Virus record (IMG/VR): IMGVR_UViG_3300035148_000179
Span: 1-48,527 of that record
Direction: 5' to 3' (one strand)
Length of the DNA stretch: 48,527 bases
Source: a virus
Lineage: Duplodnaviria; Caudoviricetes
Below, one piece after another: positions 42,511 through 48,527 of this stretch. Below the pieces are notes generated by a model. It did not search any database and had not been told where the DNA came from. It saw only the letters and a program-made list of their open reading frames with translations. The position numbers and the translations under genes are program-made. How positions within the stretch are numbered: position 1 is the stretch's first letter; every line of letters starts with the position of its first letter.

Positions 42511-42891
42511 GTGGCCAAGACGCTAGATGACCTGGTAGCTGAAATCCGGCTCATGCTGAAAGACCGGCGTGAGCCCTATCGCTACTCTCAAGCTGACGTA
42601 CTCGAGGGGATCAACACGGCGTTTCGCGAAGTGAAGCGGCTACGGCCCGACGCGTTCGTGGAATACGTGACCGTGACTGAACCCGCGTTCCTGCCGATCG
42701 CCATGCCGGACTACACGGAGGCCGATCTGGCGCAGGATCCACCCACTCCGCTCCCCATAGAGGAGATGTTCTACAACGCGATCGTGTATCACGTGGTAGG
42801 CAAGATCCAGCTTGGAGACGACGAGTTCGCCGTGGATAATCGTGCCATGACCCTGCTCGCGGCATGTCGCCAGATGTTGATGGGGAGCTGA
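42511..42891 (+). CDS. Putative head-tail adaptor
   Basis: GTG start with GGAG RBS; IRLMLKD...YS...IN....V..LRPD pattern; position after the capsid gene. Confidence 0.6.
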   Translation: MAKTLDDLVAEIRLMLKDRREPYRYSQADVLEGINTAFREVKRLRPDAFVEYVTVTEPAFLPIAMPDYTEADLAQDPPTPLPIEEMFYNAIVYHVVGKIQLGDDEFAVDNRAMTLLAACRQMLMGS

Positions 42892-42893
42892 GC

Positions 42894-43574
42894 ATGAGCA
42901 AACTGTTTGCTGACATCGCTGGTGCCACTACCGCGAACGATGGCGTAACGCTAGAGGTATGGATGCAACCTCTGCGGTCGCGCCTGGCTGGCGCCACCGA
43001 AGCTCTGATCCTGAGCGAGCTGATGGCTACCGTCCGCGAGTTCTACCTGCAGTCGAATGCATGGCGAGAACAGATTGGCCCGTACTCCATCTACGCCGAC
43101 CGTGACCTGGTGTTCCTGAACCCGGTCGACAACTACTCCAATGTGAACTACATCTGGGGCGTGTGGATGCAGTTGGCGGACGACAACCGGATCGACCTGA
43201 AGCCCCAGACGGTCCGTGTGACGAACAACCAGACTGGCCAGCCGACGCACTACCAGTGCGCTGACCCGTACGTAGTGCGCCTCTGGCCGATGCCCGAGGT
43301 GAATATGGGCATGGTCCTGTATGTGGACTGTTCCCTGGTTCCGCTGCCGGACGCTACCAGGCTCCCGAATCTTGCCGCGTCTCACCACTATGACGCTATC
43401 CTCGACGGCACCATGGCACGAATGCTGATGATGCCGAACAAGCCATGGACCAATCCGATCCTGGGCTTGCGGCTGTCACAGACCTTCCGGCGCAACTGCA
43501 TCCAGTTCCGCGCGCAGGCAGCGCAGGGGTATGCGAAGCATGACCCCGCCTGGAAGTTCCCGAGTTTCGCGTGA
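42894..43574 (+). CDS. Putative adaptor/tail tubular protein
   Basis: AILDGTMARMLMMPNKPWTNP motif; operon position. Confidence 0.6.
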   Translation: MSKLFADIAGATTANDGVTLEVWMQPLRSRLAGATEALILSELMATVREFYLQSNAWREQIGPYSIYADRDLVFLNPVDNYSNVNYIWGVWMQLADDNRIDLKPQTVRVTNNQTGQPTHYQCADPYVVRLWPMPEVNMGMVLYVDCSLVPLPDATRLPNLAASHHYDAILDGTMARMLMMPNKPWTNPILGLRLSQTFRRNCIQFRAQAAQGYAKHDPAWKFPSFA

Positions 43575-43577
43575 CGC

Positions 43578-43979
43578 ATGAACATCGTCTACAACAGCCT
43601 GAGAGAACGGATGCTCAACGCGCAGTTCAACTGGATGACTGCTACGGTGAAGCTCGCGTTCGTCTCTGAGGCCTATGTAGCGAACCCTGCAGACGTGACC
43701 CTGGCCGACCTCCCGCCAGACTCGATTCTGGTGCGCAGTGGTGCGCTTACCAGCAAGACTACGACGGACGGGTATGCCCGAGGGAATCCCCCTGAGATCA
43801 GATCGTTCCGCAACGGTACCCCCGTGGGGGGCATCCTGCTGTACGAGGATAGCGGGTCAGATCTGACCTCTACCCTGATCTGCTACAGTAATGACGGCCC
43901 CGCCATCCCATTCACAGGAATCGGGTTCAACTACACAGTCGGATTCAACTCGTCGTTAGGGGGGTTCTTCCGCTCATGA
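43578..43979 (+). CDS. Virion structural protein (hypothetical)
   Basis: ORF in the tail operon. Confidence 0.65.
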   Translation: MNIVYNSLRERMLNAQFNWMTATVKLAFVSEAYVANPADVTLADLPPDSILVRSGALTSKTTTDGYARGNPPEIRSFRNGTPVGGILLYEDSGSDLTSTLICYSNDGPAIPFTGIGFNYTVGFNSSLGGFFRS

Positions 43980-44191
43980 TCACCCTAGAGATCATCGATT
44001 ACTGGGGTGAGGTAGACTCTGTAGTCCACAACTTCCTGGAGGTGGACGGAGTTGGTGGATTGATTCACCTCACCATCGACTCGATCGATGAAGGTGAGGG
44101 GTTCACTCCGATCGTGACTCGCAGTATTCCGAACGTCATTCCGCGCATTAGCGTGGCCCGAGAGACCAAAACCATCAAAGTAGGTGGCTGA
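43976..44191 (+). CDS. Hypothetical protein
   Basis: ATGA coupling. Confidence 0.55.
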   Translation: MITLEIIDYWGEVDSVVHNFLEVDGVGGLIHLTIDSIDEGEGFTPIVTRSIPNVIPRISVARETKTIKVGG

Positions 44192-44504
44192 TATGCTGGT
44201 CGATGCAGAACGCGTAGTTGCCCGATTTGAGCAACAGCCGTACGAGCGCAAGCGCTATCGCGGCGACTATAGGCAGTTCCTCGCCGAAGGGGAAACGATC
44301 ACGATGCCGACGTTCGTGGTATCGCCGGTCACTGATCCGCCTCTCGTGGTGGGGGATGCCCTGATCCTCCCGAGCGAGCAGGAGACAGTCTTCTTCGTCG
44401 AGAACGGACTGGTAGATACCGTCTACCGGGTGTCGATGCGCACTATTACCAACGACACCCAACGTCTCGAAGACGAGTTCGAGATCACGATTCGGGAGTT
44501 CTGA
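44184..44504 (+). CDS. Putative tail-fibre adaptor
   Basis: QQPYERKRY..DY..FL..GETI pattern; precedes the fibre genes. Confidence 0.55.
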   Translation: MADMLVDAERVVARFEQQPYERKRYRGDYRQFLAEGETITMPTFVVSPVTDPPLVVGDALILPSEQETVFFVENGLVDTVYRVSMRTITNDTQRLEDEFEITIREF

Positions 44505-44505
44505 T

Positions 44506-45489
44506 ATGGGCAACATTCGGTTTACGAACAACGCCTCGGCCACGCTGGCAGCCGGCATCCTGTCTGGTGACACGAGCCTTACGCTGGGCGCGGGCCAGGG
44601 CAGCAGATTCCCGAGCCCTGCCATTGGGCAGTACGCCAAGTGCACGCTAGAGGACATCGCGGGGAACCTCGAGATCGTGCATATGACGGCCCGAGGCGGC
44701 GACGTAGTCACCGTGACTCGAGCACAGGAGGGCACTCTCGCGTTGGCATTCGCCTCCGGATCACGGTTCGAACTGCGAATCACGGCAGGTGTGGCCCAGG
44801 AGTTCCTGCAGCGGACCGCCGATACCATGTCTGGTGCATACAACTGCGCTGACGGCGTCTTTACTGGTGGATCGTTCCGCGATGCGGAAACCGTGAATAC
44901 CCCTATGCGAGGGGATACGGGCGTCGCGACGAACCAGATCCTGGTTCCGCCAGGCGGCGGACCTCCGACGATCGGCGGGTCTGTAATCTTCCACGCGGGC
45001 AACTTGACGCAGGCTACGGTCAACGCGCTAGCGTTCCCTGTCGGCGTCGTGCTCATGTTCAACGGCCTGATTGGGAACATCCCAGCAGGATTCCAGCTGT
45101 GCGACGGAACCAACGGCACACAGGATCTGCGCGGGAAGTTCGTCATTGGCGCCGGCGGTGCCTACTCTGTCGGAGTGGGGGGCGGATCAGCGAGCACTAC
45201 AACGGCTGCTGGCGGCTCGCACACTCACGTCATCCAGGGGACCGCGCTCACCATCGCGCAGTTGCCGTCGCACACCCACTTGGTTGGCGCTCGAGGATCG
45301 AACGCATCTTCGAACAGCGAGCCGAAGGACTTCATCGACGACTACCCGGGCTCGGGCAGCAATGTCGAGTCGGGTCCCACCGGCAGCGGTGCGACGCACA
45401 CCCACGTGGCTGATGCCTCGGTAGATCACACTCACACGGTTGCGACGCTTCCGCCGTACGTCGGGCTGTTCTTCATCCAGAAGGTGTGA
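44506..45489 (+). CDS. Short tail fibre with tail-collar domain and HxH metal-binding tip
   Basis: PVGVVLMF...IPAGFQLCDGTNGTQDLRGKFVIG collar; four HTH (HxH) motifs; LPPY C-terminus. Confidence 0.8.
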   Translation: MGNIRFTNNASATLAAGILSGDTSLTLGAGQGSRFPSPAIGQYAKCTLEDIAGNLEIVHMTARGGDVVTVTRAQEGTLALAFASGSRFELRITAGVAQEFLQRTADTMSGAYNCADGVFTGGSFRDAETVNTPMRGDTGVATNQILVPPGGGPPTIGGSVIFHAGNLTQATVNALAFPVGVVLMFNGLIGNIPAGFQLCDGTNGTQDLRGKFVIGAGGAYSVGVGGGSASTTTAAGGSHTHVIQGTALTIAQLPSHTHLVGARGSNASSNSEPKDFIDDYPGSGSNVESGPTGSGATHTHVADASVDHTHTVATLPPYVGLFFIQKV

Positions 45490-48400
45490 CCGTGGTTGAT
45501 ATCACTGACATCCTGCTACCGGCCAATAACAAGTCAGCCACGCTGAACAATGACCTATTGGCTGGGGATAGCTCGATCGTCCTGACTACGGGAGAAGGCG
45601 CAACGTGGCCTTCTCCTAGTCCGACTGAGTTCTTCATCCTCACGGTACAGGACCTGACCACAGGTCTGTTCGAGATCTGTTACTGCACAGCGCGCAGTGG
45701 CGATCTCCTGACCGTCGATCGGGCACAGGAAGGTACGACTGCGCTCACCTTCTCTGCGGCTACGTCTGTCGTACAGATGCGCCTCACGAAGGGCCTGATC
45801 GAGAAGCACATTCAGAAGCGGTTCGACGGTACGTCAGCCGGCAAGTACCTCAGAGTCCAGAGCGACGGGCAGGTGCTGCCAGACATCGTGTCTGGTTCCG
45901 TACCGTTCGCAGTGGAGAACGTCGGCGTAGGTGCGCCAGTCCACCGGGATACGGTTGTAGACACGGCGTATCTACGTAGTGTGCTCGCAGGACCCGGCAT
46001 CAAAGTCGAGCAGCTCGCAGACGAGATCAAGATCTCGGCTACAAGCGGCAGCCTCGGCGTGTTCGATCTGAGCAGTGTGTCTTCTGCTGACTTGCCTTGC
46101 GGCTCCTCGCAGACTCTGTTCCCGTTCGCCAACCTGGCTAATCTGGCTGTCGGCGATCTTATGGTCTGGGTAATGCACGTATGGGCCGGCAACTGGGTCG
46201 GCACGAATGATTGCATGCAACTGCCCGTTGGCTGGATGCCGTATGTAACGCCTAAATATCAGGCGAATGACTACTACGAGATGCTCACTGCAGTCGCGTA
46301 CAAGTTTGCTACCGAAGCTGACTTGCTCCCAGCGACGTCATATACCGTCACCATGACTCGTAACGGACGAGTCTGCGGACGTGTCATGGCTTATCGTGGG
46401 GCGAATGAGAACTACCCGCTTGGCTCGTTCGTATCGCAGTATTCAGAGGTACGTAACGACGACGGTATAACCGCCGCTCCGGTACCGGGTGAAGCGGTTG
46501 GCCAACCGATAATTACTCAGCATGCCATCTTTGATCAGACTCATTCGCAGGCCACCTTTCCGGTCGTAAGCGATGCTGTTGGACCTACTATCGACTCGTC
46601 GCTCGATGTTGCGCACGATCTCGTTGGGTTTGCGTATTCAGTCGCCAGGATCTCCACTTCGACGGCAACGGTAAGAGACGACGAGAACTGGATTCCTGGC
46701 GAGAACTACTTAGCGTCACTGGGTGGAGCTGGGTGGGTACCAAACGCGATCACTCCTAGGACGCGCTCCGGTATATGGACCGTCTTCAGTGCGTCTGTAG
46801 CTAACACTCGTCACTACATCGAGCGATCAGTCGATCTAATCGCAGGCGAGAAGTACACCTTCAGCTTCCTACACATTCGTGGCGGTTGGAACTCCTCTGT
46901 TCCGAACATGAATATGGGCGCGTCATACATAGACCCGTCTAACAACGAACGCGGGTTCAAGAATCTTGACACTGGGGTGGGCGCAAAGCTCGACCCGTTA
47001 GGAGACCACGGAACAGTCTGGGAGGCGCGGATATTCCCGGGTTCGCCTAGTGGCGTGCCGTCGTCGCTGGCCTCTATCTCGACGATCTTCTTCATCGCCC
47101 AGGCATCTGGTGTCCACAAGATACGCATTAGCGCCCTCAATTCTGCGGGTGACTGGACGTTTGTCGGCTCAGAGGCTGAGGGATACAGCGTCATGGGAGC
47201 CCAGTTCCGCAGCAAGTGGCGCTTCCCAACGCCGGTATATACGGACAACGTAGGTGTCAGCGCGGGATCCGCCATGCGGATGCTGCACGCCCCTGGATGG
47301 CTCACGGCGAATACCGCTGTAACGGGCCGCATCGCCAAGTCGTTCCCTGTAATGCCGGCTGGAACACTTTCCGCGATCAAGGCGTTCCCCTATTCACAAC
47401 GGTCAGGAGCAACTCAGTTTTTCTCTGGGTTGCTGAAGGCAGATCGCGCGACAGTAGCTACCGGACTAGTGCTCGGCGAAACTCCTCAGCCGACGTACGG
47501 ACCCACGCTCCCTATATATCCGATATATGGCGGGATCCGCCGAAAGTATTATTTCGAACTGGTCGCGACGACGGCTGGCTCCGACTACGCTCTGTGGGTT
47601 GGTCCAGTAGGCGCCCCATGGAATAGTATTGGATACGCGGCATCTGGATTCCAGTTGCAAGCGGGACAAGAGCTGGTCATGGGCCCTACTGGCGGAACAG
47701 CCGTCCCTCCAGGATCCAGCACGCTGGCAGTCAATGACGTACTTGGAGTGTCGATAGACTTCAGTACCGGAAACAGCGTCACGGTCAAGATATACAAAAA
47801 CGGCGTGAGTATCTTCACGCAGAGCATCGCGCAGAACGCAGCTACGACGCAGTGGCACCCTGATGAACCGTGGACGATGTGGGCGACCACTAGATACTGG
47901 TCTGGCGCCGGATTAACCACATCGTTCAGACTCAATTTCGGCGGTGACGCAACGTTTGCCTATCTGCCTGTGGGGTTCGAGCCCTGGGACATCGGGTTCA
48001 TCCCATCCACACCGACACCGTCTGCCAAGGGCGACTTGATCGTCGGCACTGGTACCGGATCGTCTGAGATATTGGCGGTTGGCACAGATGGACAGATGAT
48101 CGTTGCTAACTCGGAGACCGCTACTGGGTTGCAGTGGATCGATCGTCCGACTGTCATGCGCGGCGCAGCATTCGTCTCTGAAGACGGACTAACTCCTGTC
48201 GTCCCACACGTCGCGATACACGTGCCGCAGGCATGCAGCATCAAGCGCGTAGTCGCAGTCGCGGACGTCGCCGGTAACGCAGTAGTCGCTATCGGCAAGG
48301 TGGCTGCGGCGAGCTATACCGGGGCGGCTGGAGCGAATATCTGCGGGTCAGATCCGGTAACGCTCACGAGTGACGCGTACCTGAGCAAGACGACCTTCAC

Positions 48401-48506
48401 TGGCTGGGGGCTGAGCGTAGCCGCAGACGAGATCATAACGATCGGTCTTGACTCAGTCTCTGGGATCAATCGCCTGAGCGTCTCTATCATTTTTGGTGAC
48501 CCATGA
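45486..48506 (+). CDS. Long tail fibre/receptor-binding protein, 1006 aa
   Basis: N-terminus paralogous to the preceding fibre; beta-rich modules; SPRY-like segment; KGDLIVGTG repeat unit. Confidence 0.8.
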   Translation: MTVVDITDILLPANNKSATLNNDLLAGDSSIVLTTGEGATWPSPSPTEFFILTVQDLTTGLFEICYCTARSGDLLTVDRAQEGTTALTFSAATSVVQMRLTKGLIEKHIQKRFDGTSAGKYLRVQSDGQVLPDIVSGSVPFAVENVGVGAPVHRDTVVDTAYLRSVLAGPGIKVEQLADEIKISATSGSLGVFDLSSVSSADLPCGSSQTLFPFANLANLAVGDLMVWVMHVWAGNWVGTNDCMQLPVGWMPYVTPKYQANDYYEMLTAVAYKFATEADLLPATSYTVTMTRNGRVCGRVMAYRGANENYPLGSFVSQYSEVRNDDGITAAPVPGEAVGQPIITQHAIFDQTHSQATFPVVSDAVGPTIDSSLDVAHDLVGFAYSVARISTSTATVRDDENWIPGENYLASLGGAGWVPNAITPRTRSGIWTVFSASVANTRHYIERSVDLIAGEKYTFSFLHIRGGWNSSVPNMNMGASYIDPSNNERGFKNLDTGVGAKLDPLGDHGTVWEARIFPGSPSGVPSSLASISTIFFIAQASGVHKIRISALNSAGDWTFVGSEAEGYSVMGAQFRSKWRFPTPVYTDNVGVSAGSAMRMLHAPGWLTANTAVTGRIAKSFPVMPAGTLSAIKAFPYSQRSGATQFFSGLLKADRATVATGLVLGETPQPTYGPTLPIYPIYGGIRRKYYFELVATTAGSDYALWVGPVGAPWNSIGYAASGFQLQAGQELVMGPTGGTAVPPGSSTLAVNDVLGVSIDFSTGNSVTVKIYKNGVSIFTQSIAQNAATTQWHPDEPWTMWATTRYWSGAGLTTSFRLNFGGDATFAYLPVGFEPWDIGFIPSTPTPSAKGDLIVGTGTGSSEILAVGTDGQMIVANSETATGLQWIDRPTVMRGAAFVSEDGLTPVVPHVAIHVPQACSIKRVVAVADVAGNAVVAIGKVAAASYTGAAGANICGSDPVTLTSDAYLSKTTFTGWGLSVAADEIITIGLDSVSGINRLSVSIIFGDP

Positions 48507-48527
48507 CGACTACTACTTGGTCAACTA
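48503..48527 (+). CDS. Start of the next gene (3'-partial)
   Basis: ATGA overlap; MTTTTWST runs off the window. Confidence 0.4.

Noticed and set aside
45486-48506. Diversity-generating retroelement targeting the fibre
   Set aside because: No reverse transcriptase or template/variable repeat pair seen in the window.

Overview
The whole window is part of a GC-rich dsDNA tailed-phage genome with a podovirus-like layout; it starts and ends inside the virion-gene block. Plus strand 1-10385 carries three putative ejection (internal virion) proteins. The last is a 2658-aa polyvalent protein with an embedded GGDEF-like (SGDEF) cyclase domain, an HExxH metallopeptidase and a PLxRxG motif. Minus strand 10279-32876 carries early and replication genes: DEDD exonuclease, primase-helicase, SSB, SNF2 helicase, VRR-NUC, metallophosphoesterase, Ntn peptidase, Cas4-like nuclease, PolA, a MoxR-AAA/VWA-peptidase module and many small ORFs. 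The 31064-33460 stretch is a mostly non-coding control region with two long, highly structured RNA-like tracts, an iteron-rich AT-core origin candidate and divergent sigma70-like promoters. Plus strand 33460-48527 carries packaging, head and tail genes. No integrase, endolysin, tRNA, CRISPR array or reverse transcriptase was recognised. The most notable candidates are a virion-delivered, I-site-less GGDEF domain with an altered base-specificity residue, and two large structured RNAs flanking the origin, one of them a switch-like leader of the early operon. All calls come from motif reading by eye; no database searches were run.
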